The notes under the pieces are model-generated. The model had not been told where the DNA came from. It saw nothing but the letters and a program-made list of their open reading frames with translations, and made no database searches. From contig JBNGIO010006164.1 in assembly GCA_049999805.1 (NCBI GenBank), forward strand, positions 27,769-91,768: a DNA stretch of 64,000 nt, read 5' to 3'. Position numbers and translations under genes: made by a program. The DNA comes from Folioceros fuciformis. Taxonomy: Eukaryota. Positions 49,860 through 60,519 of the stretch are shown here, one piece after another (within the stretch, counting starts at the first letter, position 1; every line of letters starts with the position of its first letter).

Positions 49860-50310
49860 TTCTTGTGTCCATTTGTGAATCTACATTCTCAATCAAAAAC
49901 TCACATTCTTTCCTCTGATGCTTTTGCACCAAATTCAAAATCCTAATTAGCTCATAAAATAACACCGACCTATAATCTTACAAGCCCTTTCCCTTGCCTG
50001 CCATTCAATGCCCTTCACATTCCCAACCGGCTATTATTAGATCAATTTCTTCTTCCACTTGAAATTGTATCAATCCAATAAGTCTAACATCATGCGGCCA
50101 AGCAGAAAATGCTTGCTTCACAGCTTCAACCTTCAACTGTTCAGGATACTTTTTACATGATTTGAACACTCTTGCCTTCGCAATTGCCTGACAATCTTCA
50201 TCTGGATCACAATAAATGTAATGTCTAACCACATACCCAGTAGCCAACACAGCCTCCAAACCAGATGCAATTCTAGCAAACAGCTCAACCACAACCAATC
50301 CATACTTAGA
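49860..50310 (-). pseudogene. Retrotransposon-borne C5 DNA methyltransferase domain (motifs I-VI), truncated
   Basis: One frame: VVVELFARIASGLEAVL (I), YIYCDPD (II), HDVRLI (III), IDLIIAGWECEGH*MAGKGKGL*DYRSVLFYELIRIL (IV-V), FLIENV (VI). Confidence 0.85.
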
Positions 50311-53306
50311 CGAACTCAATGTTACAAGTTTATTACACACAGGTTCAAGTTTACAAATTGCTTCCTTTGTACAAGGTCGGATTTTATCATTTAGTTGAAA
50401 CTCAATCTGCCGTTTTTGAAGCTCTCTAAAAATTTCAGCTAATGCTCTACCAACATTTTCTCTCATTGCATCTTCTTCCACTCTGTTATGACTATATTCT
50501 TTTAAACATAACTTATCTATATGACGCTCAACCCACAACCTATCATCTTCATCTTTTTCATCCTATTCGTCCCAAGAAGTCATCATATTTACTACACACG
50601 CATCTTGCATGTCCTCCTGTAAATGCAACTTAAGTGGAATTATCGCTACTCTCATTCCTTCACCTTGTCGCCAACCCAGACGATAGTAAAACTGCTCTGT
50701 CCATAAATCCAATCCTCCTTCATACATGAACAAAGCCTTTGTCCCCAAAATGATATCAAAATTTCCAGATTTAACAATCAAGCATTTCATATCAATCACT
50801 GTCTCTTCTTCTGTTCCAAGCTTAAAACATAACTGCAATTTTTTCTGCATACTCTGACTCTAACTACAATTTTTCCTAGTCTCTCCCATCAATGCCTCCA
50901 AACCTCCATTGGCCAGCCTTATCTTTCATATTGTCTCCTGTATATCTCCCTTTCTCAATCCCATAGCATATGCCATGTTGAAATGAATCAATATAGGTTG
51001 CGCTCCCGAATCTATCAATACCTTTTCCGGCGCAAAACCTTGTATCAAAAATTCACATCCACCATTGCCCAGAAATGCAATTCCTGTCTAACTTTTGTTC
51101 TATCGTCATTATTTCGCATATTACTATCAAGACAAAGCGAAACTGTCTTGCTCAGCCTTTGACTTGCATCAGGCCATTCCACCATCACGTCCTGCAAAAG
51201 CTCTCGAATTTTTGCTTCGCTCACCTTGACGCCCAACTCCAACACACTTCGCATACAACCAATCACATCACTTTGAGACACCTGCGTTCTCTTACTCACT
51301 TGCTGTTCCGACACCTTCACTGCTCTGCCATGCATCTTCTCACCAAAATCTTTCATATCCACATCTAATACTTCAAATGATTGGGGATATTTCCAACCTG
51401 ACACCGCCGATCTTCCATGGTCCTTATGCTGACCCTCCAGTATTGTGTTGTATCTTTTCTGGACAGAATCTACTTCCAATGCATCTTCCATGTTCACCTC
51501 ACAAACAAATGCAAACATAAGCCTTCTCCTTCTCACCCAAATCCTTCCTTTTCTCCATTGTTTTAACTTCCTTGATCTTAACTCCGCCATTCTGGCCATT
51601 AGTTGCCTTCAACCTATCAATTTCAGCCTTCAAATCTGCTATATGCAACTCTAACAATTTATGAGACTTGTCAATCCAACCCAAATTATCTCCACTAGAT
51701 CCTCCAAACCTATTTCCTTCAACTCTTTGCACCTATCTCACATTCTTAACATTCTGTCCCTTAAAACCAAACTTTGTGGGCTTGAGAGATGGGTACTTTT
51801 GCCAACAAACTTTCTCCAAATGACCTTTCTTTCCACAATGTTTACAGCCTACATCCGTCTTAATTGAACACTCCATCATCACATGAGTATAACTCCCACA
51901 ACAAAAGCACTTTATCCCTTTTTCTGTCTCTACATTCATAACAGGTTTCATATACCTGTTGTCCACTCTTTACATGTTTGATTACTGTTGCCAAGTTGGT
52001 CTCCATTTAGGGAGATAATTATGTCGAGGAACTGTCACTGAAAATGCACCTCCCCTTCTGTTTGTGCCAACCTTTCTTCCCATAGCCTTTAGCAATGCCC
52101 TTGCCTAATCATGTTTCTCTGCAATTGGGAATACCTGATCCAACGTATATGTTTTACCATATAGTGTCGTTAATTCTCTAAATACATCCTACTTGATATC
52201 CTCATCCAAATTGCAAATATATTTAAAACAAATTTCCACCTTATTGTGCATCCCCGTATCTGTCCCCAGCTGGCTAGTTCGATTATAAAACATAAGTGTC
52301 GTTTCATCAGGTTTTCTTCTCAAATTTGCCAACTCTTCTATCTTCATGGCATTAACAGATGGAAATCTCATTTCCAATCGAATGAAAAATTCGTTTACTG
52401 GCTTAGCATGTTTACTGGTCACCACCAAATCCATGAAACTTCTCAGATAAAACTTGTAAGCATCTCCTCACAACAAGTTCCCTAACAAAGTAAATTCATA
52501 TCTAGGATTTAATTCAATGTTCTCACCTCCACACTCCTGCAACTTAACCATATAAAACATGCACATTAACTAGTTAATGAACACCGATGACTTGGGATGC
52601 CCTGAATACTTCTCACTCTTTGCAGGTAATACTACTCCCCCTCTGCCTTTTCTTTTCAACCCAAAAGTTTTCTCAGTCGACAAGTTTAACATTTGGCATT
52701 CTTTTCTTCTCACCAACTTTCCCATGTCATTTACTTCTCCTGGATGTCTTTGCACTTCCATAGGCTCCACGGTCCGGTTTTGTACATCCATAACAAGTTC
52801 TTTCAAACCCTCTTTCCTTGCACACATGCCTCCACTCTTCGTCAGACAGTTGTAGCCTTCCTTCCCTTACTTCTACCCCTACAGACATTTTATGTCTTAT
52901 CTATGTCCCCGTTAAGATATGCATTTCCAACTTCTCCCTCTATCTCTCTACCTGAAACACTCGCCCTATGCGAATTTTCTCCTTCCTCATCCAAGGCACT
53001 GCCTGAGATATAACTCCCCCCCAAACCCTTGACATTTCCTCCTTTACTATTCATCTTTGGCTGCCCAACCTTTTTCTTAAATCCTCTGTCTGAACTCTTA
53101 TCTTCCATTACTCTCTTTTTACCTCTCCCAACTTTTACACTATCAGTTTCACTTCTCGACTTAGACAGCACACCAGCCTGCTTAACACTCACCCACGTCA
53201 CCCTTACACCTTTGGTCATAAGTCTCCTCATGTTAAAAGTTCAGCACCAATTCAAATGAGAATTATCAGATAACTTTTACAGCTAATCAAGTTTTACACT
53301 GGTTTG

Positions 53307-53396
53307 TATCCAAACCAACACGGAAACAGTGTGGAATATACTAGCTCAAAATATCCAAACCAATACGAAAACAGTGTGGAATATACTAGCTCAAAA
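53307..53396. repeat. 45-bp tandem duplication
   Basis: tatccaaaccaa(c/t)acg(g/a)aaacagtgtggaatatactagctcaaaa occurs twice. Confidence 0.85.
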
Positions 53397-53660
53397 ATCA
53401 AAAACTGGACGCCTTGTAGCATTCCACACTAAGTTCACTTCTCCTTCTTTTCTTTCTAAAGACACCACTAAACTTTTCACATCCAAAAAGTATCTTCGAA
53501 GCACTATCAAATCATCACAGAATACTTTTAGTTGACTCCAACTACCCGGTCTTGAACACCCTATTATGAGGGACCACAAATATTATGAGGCTTCTTTCCT
53601 TTTGTTCTTCTTCCTCCTTGCTAAGCTCTTGATCCTCCTTGGAAATTTGCTCTTCGCTCG

Positions 53661-53806
53661 CCCAGCTCCTTTTTCTCTTATGCTTTCTCCAAATTGCTCT
53701 TCTTTAGTCCAATCTCCTCACCCAGTTGAGTTCCCAGCTCCTTTTTCTCTTATGCTTTCTTCAAATTGCTCTTCTTTAGTCCAATCTCCTCACCCAATTG
53801 AGTTCC
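53661..53806. repeat. 72-bp tandem duplication
   Basis: cccagctcctttttctcttatgctttct...cacccagttgagtt at 53661 and 53733. Confidence 0.85.
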
Positions 53807-54109
53807 TCCAACACAGCTTCTTCCACAGTTATTCCCCCAACATTTCACCAATTACATCCAGAAACAAGCTGATAATGATAAACTCGCTTATCGGCACTCT
53901 TCACGAACAAACTTTAATCACACTTCATTATAAGTTGTTTTCTCATTACACTCACTTCAGAACAACTTTAGCTGGATCAACTTAATCAAATTTTTTCACG
54001 CTACTGCATCCTCATCACTACTGCTACTCACCACTTCTATATCAGCCCAAGTTTAGCCTTTGAACCTTCTAAGCGAAAGATCCTCTTAGGGAAGATTCTT
54101 CCCAGACGC

Positions 54110-55445
54110 TTCCCCGTAAGGAGAATATTAGGGCACCCTCACCAACCTTTCATCTCGTGAAACCTCGTCAATAAGCTCTGCCTCTCCCCGCTTGGTAATT
54201 GGAACTTCTTTTGGGAGGCTCCTGTTTGTGGTAGTCCTTTACGCTCCTTGACTCTTCCTCGCCCTTCCGCTTGCTTCCAGCACCGCCTTGAGTTTGCACC
54301 TATTCTCCTCGTTTGAGTTGTTGGTACTACCGTGTTATGACCTATTCTCCTCGTTTGAGCTGTTGGTACTGCCGCGTTATGACCTATTCTCCTCGTTTGA
54401 GCTGTTGGTACTGCCGCGTTGTGACCTATTCTCCTCGTTTGAGGAGTTGGTACTGCCGCATTATGACCTATTCTCCTCGTTTGAGCTGTTGGTACTGCCG
54501 CGTTATGACCTATTCTCCTTGTTTGAGTTGTTGGTACTGCCGCGTTATGACCCGGTATGCCACATCCAGCTCTTTGCCCTTAAGAGTGCTAATAAGAGTA
54601 ATAGCTCCTTCCCCTCGCAACAACTTTGTGGAAATAATCTCCTCCAAAGAACGCCGTAGCTCCGCCTGCTCAGCTAGCAAATTCTTGAGTGTGATTGTAA
54701 GCTGAGCTCTCTTAGCAGCTCGCGCCGCGATTTCCCCCTTAAGCCTGTCCACAATCTCCTCCGCCTTAGCCCGTAGTTGAGCCAAGTCCTCTCTGGAGAA
54801 CTTGTGAGCCTCCACGAGATTCCACCGCAACTCGTTGTCAACCTTCAGGTCCTCGGCACTTGTCTCAGGCAACTCTTCTCTCCACCCTTCGCTTTCCACC
54901 TCCTCTTCCTCTCCTGCAGCCTTCCCTACGATTTCCTCGCCAAGTAGTTTTTCAACTGCCGCTGGTTCGCTGCCTGGCTTCTTCCCGGAATCGCTTTCCT
55001 CCTGCAACGAAGAGCTAAACATGAATAACTGCCCGCGTCTGGGCTTGGGCGCAAATACAGCTGCCTCCTCTGAATGATCCGTCGATGTCGAGCCCTCTCC
55101 TGCACCCAACACTATAGACAGTTGCTTCTCCTTCCCCGCGTGCGCGTCACTCCCCTCTTCTTTCTCGCCTTCTCTTTTGTCCACCCCGTCCTCTTCTACT
55201 ACCGCCCTTCCCTCCTCCTTTTCTTGGCACTCCTTAGAAGCTCCACCTGCTAACAAACCTGCTCTCTTGCTCTCAGCATACGTCATAACGTGGTAGCTGA
55301 AACGAGGAGAATAGGTGCAGCCTGAAGGCGGCGCTGGAAGCAAGCGGAAGGGCGAGGAAGAGCCAAGGAGCGTGGAGGACTACCACAAACGGGATCCTCC
55401 CAAAAGAAGTTCCTAGAAGGTCCAATATTCCCCTTAGGACGAGGC
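54110..55445. mobile_element. Foldback-like element with long imperfect inverted arms enclosing a Glu-rich ORF
   Basis: 54201-54340 is the near reverse complement of 55281-55413; outer match gtaaggagaatatt (~54116) / aatattcccctta (~55424); internal 277 aa ORF 54510-55343 (-). Confidence 0.7.
54298..54551. repeat. 42-bp minisatellite, 6 copies, grown from the inner end of the left inverted arm
   Basis: acctattctcctcgtttgagctgttggtactgccgcgttatg; period 42 at 54299, 54341, 54383, 54425, 54467, 54509. Confidence 0.95.
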
Positions 55446-55712
55446 GAGAGGTGGATCCGTACTGTCGTCCTTGTCCATGTCGCAGTTTGGACAGCGATGG
55501 AGTGAGGCAAGCCGATTTGCAACTGGACGGGCAGCAATGCCCGATGGGCGTGCACACTAGAGCTAAGACGTTCGTTCGACTTGTACAATCTCTCTTTACG
55601 ATGAGAGGCGGATCAGTGATAGCTATCATCTCCATGTCCTAGCAATTACATTTAACCTCAAAGACACAACAATGTTTTCTGGTGTACACGCTTCAACAGA
55701 TGTCCATTGTTC

Positions 55713-56830
55713 TCAAGGTCTCCCATTACTACAGATGCAACAACCATTTGCAAATCGATGAACATGGAATCCATCCCTTAAACAATGTGTCTCTGTTCAA
55801 CCCCTGACATTATCTCGGTGGAACTGTGGCAGTCACTACACATCCGTAGATTCTTCGTTACCATCAGAGGTGTGCCACTGGGAGTGCGCGTAAGACCAAA
55901 CGCCAGAGCTAGCTTCTCAGCAAGCCCACAGAGCTGATCCTCCGTTTCCATTTCAGACAGAGTACTGGTTGCAACACCAAATTTGTGTGAGGCACGTCCA
56001 CTAGACCGTTGCCTAACACAACGTTATCCAGCAGTCTTCTTCCGACAATGAGTGAGTGTAGCTGCCTGCCCTTCTATTAGGCATGGCACCAATGCTTGCA
56101 CAGGCCTTGAGAAGGCAGGCAAAAGTAACATGGTTGGCCAAAACCAGCCCTTCCTGCTCCATTTGTTCATGCAGAACAAGCGCCAAGCGCCTCACGTCCG
56201 AGCCCATGCTGCCAAAAACCTGGCGGGCATCCTTCAGTTTACCACATTTTGCATATCTAGATATGAAGGCATTCCATGTCGCCACATCCTTTGTGGCCAT
56301 GCTGTCGAAAACCTGGCGTGCACTACAACGCTCACTTCTCCATATTTTGCATACAAGACCACCAGGAAGTTGTTGAAAAACAAGTCGGAAGGAATGCCAC
56401 AGTGCAGCACATCATGGTGCACCTTTCTGCCAGATTCCAAGAGGGCGGCAAATGCAAATGCGCAAGCATGAAGCGCAGCGACCAAGAAATGACAGTTGGA
56501 TTGCACTCTAGAGCTACGCCTGTCATGTTACAGTCGTGTAGCCTCTTTCAGTTTGCCATGCTTAGCATGCGCAGAGATGATGAAAACCCACATCAAGGTA
56601 TTTGGTACTCCTGCTCATGGCGACCACCCTCTATGGCAAACCCGACCGCACCCCCACATTTCCTCTGAAGCGGAATCGCTGGACTCCTCACACTGCAGCA
56701 CCTGGAAGCTTCGCTGTTTACTGGGCATTGACTCCTAGTAGCGAGGTGGGTGGGAGCATCTCGTACAACTCCTAAACACTCGTCAACTTCTTGGGTCCAC
56801 AACGACTTTGGCTTCCATACTGTTATAGTG
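55713..56830 (-). pseudogene. PLS-DYW:KP (GRP) PPR pseudogene, internally deleted paralogue of 31606-34188
   Basis: Same N-terminal extension (ASRCCSVRSPAIPL), PPR pieces, DQLCGLAEKLALAFG, KNLRMCSDCHSS, ends GCCICSNGRP*; frameshifts and large deletions. Confidence 0.88.
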
Positions 56831-57482
56831 GAAGAAAATGAAGACTTCAAGCAACCATCGGTGTCAAATCCCAAGACTACCTCTCAAGTCTGCCTGCACG
56901 ACTCTCCTGCTTAGCCTGGCTCTATCTTTCTCAAGGCTAGCCTCTTGGGTGTGGTGCAGCCACCAGTCCACATGCTCTGGGTGCCATTTTGTGATGTCCA
57001 ATGCCACCAGAGATATCAAGAACTCCCAAAGGCTAACCACACGACCCCACGTTTCTCAACGCGTCCCCTCTCCCTGCCCATGTCGAGGTTTCTGTTATGC
57101 TGGCCATAGTCCAGGGTCCATGGCTATGTGAGCCCCCATAACATAATTTACTCCACATTTTCATATTCTACATAAAGACCATTTTATCAACTTATTCCAA
57201 AGAATATCTCTATATTCCTTCTCCTAAATCTATGTTGTAGGTTATCCTTATTATGATCCTGGCATATGCATATAGTCAAAAGAATCTATGAAATCTATTT
57301 GACTTGTAATATATATTACTATATATAACTATTATTTAATATTTTACGTTCACCTAAATATTAGTCTAGAGAAGACTAGAATCTAATTTAAGTTCATGTC
57401 AGTTCCTCATTTGAATTTAAAAGTTCCCCACATGGTATTCCAAACAAAAGTTCCACATTTCAATCCTTTCACCACAAGGATA

Positions 57483-58004
57483 ATGGTACAAACATGGTTC
57501 ATTTTAATTTTCTTCTTGTTCATTTGTGCAAAGAAAGGTAGCAACACTTTGCATGTTCTTGCAAGACAGGAGAAAAACATTTTGAGACAAGATGATTACA
57601 TCGAATTTGATCCATTCAATGAAAACACAAGGCAACGGCAAGACCATTCTTACTTACAGGCAGACCGATTCAAGTTTCTCTTAGCTGCTACTTGTGAAGT
57701 GAGAATAGAAGAATCGGGCCAGTATGTTTGGGACAACATTGAAGTAATATGGCGTTATGGAGACACAGAAGAGGGTTATGCATGTGATAAACTATACCTT
57801 ACAAGTAAAGGCACCATCATAGTTTATGGCAGGGACGGGATACTAAGGTGGTCCATACAACCTCCTAATCTTGTTATAAATGATTCTGATACCTTTTACT
57901 TGGAGTTGTCTTATGATGGAGTTTTAAGTATGTTTCAAGAAACCTACCAGGATAATGAACATATTGCAAAACTTGTTTGGAGCAATTATGGTACTATTAA
58001 TTAA
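57483..58004 (+). CDS. Secreted bulb-type (GNA/B-lectin fold) protein, divergent; ORF open from 57396
   Basis: Signal peptide MVQTWFILIFFLFIC; three repeats each ending in W (VIW, LRWS, LVWS); LxLxxxGxxxxY/F pattern; two Cys in B-lectin positions. Confidence 0.6.
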   Translation: MVQTWFILIFFLFICAKKGSNTLHVLARQEKNILRQDDYIEFDPFNENTRQRQDHSYLQADRFKFLLAATCEVRIEESGQYVWDNIEVIWRYGDTEEGYACDKLYLTSKGTIIVYGRDGILRWSIQPPNLVINDSDTFYLELSYDGVLSMFQETYQDNEHIAKLVWSNYGTIN

Positions 58005-58169
58005 TTCATGACACTGATTCGTGAATTAATGTGACCACGAATTCATTCACCATTCGGTTTACGTTTTGAAGTACAAGTTTTACTTTGAATGCTTCATAGA
58101 TTGTACTTGTATTATATAATAAATGTTATTTTCTATTATTGAATTAGAGGAACAGCCCGAGAGGGCCAA

Positions 58170-58505
58170 AATGGGTAATAGCCCCTTCGAACATCATTCT
58201 AAAAAAAAACTACCATAATGCTCCCAAAATGTTGTGATAAATGGGTACTAGTCCCCTTTGAACATTGTTCTCAAAAACTACTTAACGCTCCCAAAATGTT
58301 GTGATAAATGGGTACTAGCCCCCTTCGAACATCATTCTCAATAACTACCTAATGCTCCAAAAATGTTATGATAAATGGGTATTAGTCCCCTTCAAATATC
58401 ATTCTCAAAAACTACCTAATGCTCCCAAAGTGTTATAATAAATGAGTACTAGCCCCTTCGAACATCATTCTTGAAAACTACTTAATGTTCCCTAAATGTT
58501 GTGAT
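58170..58505. repeat. ~67-bp minisatellite, 5 copies
   Basis: atgggtactagcccccttcgaacatcattctcaaaaactacctaatgctcccaaaatgttgtgataa at ~58171, 58241, 58308, 58375, 58442. Confidence 0.9.
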
Positions 58506-59224
58506 GTGTAGTAAGTTTATTATTCATGAAAGTTATAAAACTTTATTTAAAAAACAATTATTATATATAATCTTGTGTATTAGAGTGTGCCTCAAGTACA
58601 CCTAGTACCCCCTTTTAGCACGTACAAACATATCCTTAGTGGGATGCGTTTTTACGAGTGTCGATGCATGTTTGCACAGACCAGCAAAAACTAACTTGTG
58701 AGCCAGAAATTAATATTAATATTAGAAATTTTACCTCGGGTTTGGTTGGATGATTGATCGCTCTCGTGTCAACAGATGGCCTATGCAAGAAATTTGTTGA
58801 TCCAGCGAGACCTCTCTGGTGCGTGGTTGGTTACCGGGTAGGGGTACTGTAGCGGCGCTGAAGCTGAAGTTTGTCTCCCCACCTGCTTTTGATGAGGAGC
58901 ACAAGACAAGGCTTGACTTGAGCAGGAGGAAAAAAACTGGTACACGTTGTACATATTTCCTTCCTTATGGCTGTGGTTGGCTTTTTTTTCCCCTTGCTGC
59001 CGTTAGGTCAGTTGGCGGGAGGCGCTGTTTCCCTGGATGCGGCAGCCCGGCTGGAAAGAAGGAGCAGTAGCTGAGCAGGGGGAGTGTCTTGTCCGGGCGG
59101 GCGACTGCTGAGAATCTGTACTGTAGGCGCCGGCAGTTCTCATTTGCACTGCGCGCCATCTCAAGCTCGGGCGCAAGCTGCGGGCTCTCCAAGAAGTACA
59201 ACATTGCAAGAAGTTGGGGTGAAG

Positions 59225-60493
59225 ATGGAGGCGCTACCGGTGGAAGTTATCGGCAACATTCTGTCTCGTCTTGCAGCTGCCAGGGATGTCACTATCGCGT
59301 CTGCAACCTGCCGGAAATGGAGGGATGCTGCACGCTACCATCTTCACAGGTTGTGCTTCCACCACTCGGACTGGACGGGGTACGAAGACATGTCGTCGGA
59401 AGAGCTGGAGGTCGTGATCACGCAGACTATCTTGCAAGTTACCTGTCTCCATGAGCTCTCAATCTGCTTTGAGAGCGAGCACACCTTCTCAGCAGCACCC
59501 GTGGTGGCCTGGTTGATGCACACGCGTAGCACCTTGCGCTTCCTCACCTACATGGTTTCCACGCAGGAGGTGGCAATTCTGGAAAGATGTGGAAGGCAGA
59601 GACTGGAGAGTCTGGTTATCGGCAGCACTTCTGTGGTTCCTGCTTTGCACCTCGGCTTTCCAAGGTTTCCTTCCCTGGTGTCCCTGACTCTGGAGCAGGT
59701 TTACATAGCGGCTTCAGATATCCCTTTGCTTCTCATGGCTTGTCCGGTACTAGAGTCATTTTCTCTCCTGAGTCTCAGGACAACCTCCGATCCTGAGCCG
59801 TGTGAGCTCAGAAGTGCCAGTCTCAAAGTTCTCGTCATCGAAGAACTCAGAGAGCGTATGGAGATAGTGGTGGATGCTGGGAATCTCGAAATCCTCTCCC
59901 TGAAAGAATTAGAGCTGGAAAGCTTGCAACTCGTCAGCAAGTGCAACCTTCGGATCCTCCGCCTTTGCAACGTGCATCTCTTGGAGTTGCAGATCGGCGT
60001 GAGGGACATGCTTGAAGTATTGGAAATCACCGACTCCACGGTCGGCTGGTCAAGGCTGTACGGCTTCATCTCGGAGGCTGTTAAGCTACGCAAGCTCAAA
60101 GTGTGGGGCCTACCAGAAGTCGGTGAAGAAGAGAGCATCAACCTGGAGGCCATTGCCATGGCGTGCTCCCAGCTCTACCTTCTGTCTTTGGGCTTCGACC
60201 TATCTGATGTTGTTCTTCCGCAGATCTCTTGTCAAAGCCCCGTAGTGTTTCCCAAGGTTGGTATGTTGGAAATCTCGTCTCCTTGTATAAATTCCAATTT
60301 TGCAAAATGGCTAGAGGGAATGGTGGACAGATGCCCAAGCCTGACCAGACTGATCGTGCATGGCATGCTCTCCAGCCAGCTCTCTGACGCCAAAGGCCAG
60401 GAAGATTATCAGGTGGTTGGGGATTTCACCACTCAAATTGTATCCCTAGCCAGGAAATGTCCTAACCTAGCCGTAGAAATCTGCTACACTTGA
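59225..60493 (+). CDS. F-box/LRR-repeat protein (At1g67190-like), single coding exon
   Basis: MEALPVEVIGNILSRLAAARDVTIASATCRKWR F-box followed by Leu-rich repeats. Confidence 0.9.
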   Translation: MEALPVEVIGNILSRLAAARDVTIASATCRKWRDAARYHLHRLCFHHSDWTGYEDMSSEELEVVITQTILQVTCLHELSICFESEHTFSAAPVVAWLMHTRSTLRFLTYMVSTQEVAILERCGRQRLESLVIGSTSVVPALHLGFPRFPSLVSLTLEQVYIAASDIPLLLMACPVLESFSLLSLRTTSDPEPCELRSASLKVLVIEELRERMEIVVDAGNLEILSLKELELESLQLVSKCNLRILRLCNVHLLELQIGVRDMLEVLEITDSTVGWSRLYGFISEAVKLRKLKVWGLPEVGEEESINLEAIAMACSQLYLLSLGFDLSDVVLPQISCQSPVVFPKVGMLEISSPCINSNFAKWLEGMVDRCPSLTRLIVHGMLSSQLSDAKGQEDYQVVGDFTTQIVSLARKCPNLAVEICYT

Positions 60494-60519
60494 CACTTCT
60501 TCCAGTCTAAATTTCTTTG

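Larger units (their letters stand above)
49851..53600 (-). mobile_element. Degenerate Gypsy-like retroelement: gag - CCHC knuckle - aspartic protease - C5 cytosine DNA methyltransferase
   Basis: Gag-like 52189-52434; CFCCGSYTHVMMEC and CKHCGKKGHLEKVC (51733-51966); protease VLIDSGAQP (~51000) and FDIILG; DNMT motifs at 49860-50300; many stops and frameshifts; 5' boundary uncertain. Confidence 0.85.

Noticed and set aside
54298-54551. CRISPR-like appearance of the 42-, 50- and 67-bp arrays
   Set aside because: Head-to-tail units with no unique spacers, no cas genes, eukaryotic context.
49851-55445. DIRS element interpretation (DNMT plus inverted repeats)
   Set aside because: An aspartic protease is present, no tyrosine recombinase is visible, and the inverted arms do not flank the gag-DNMT region.
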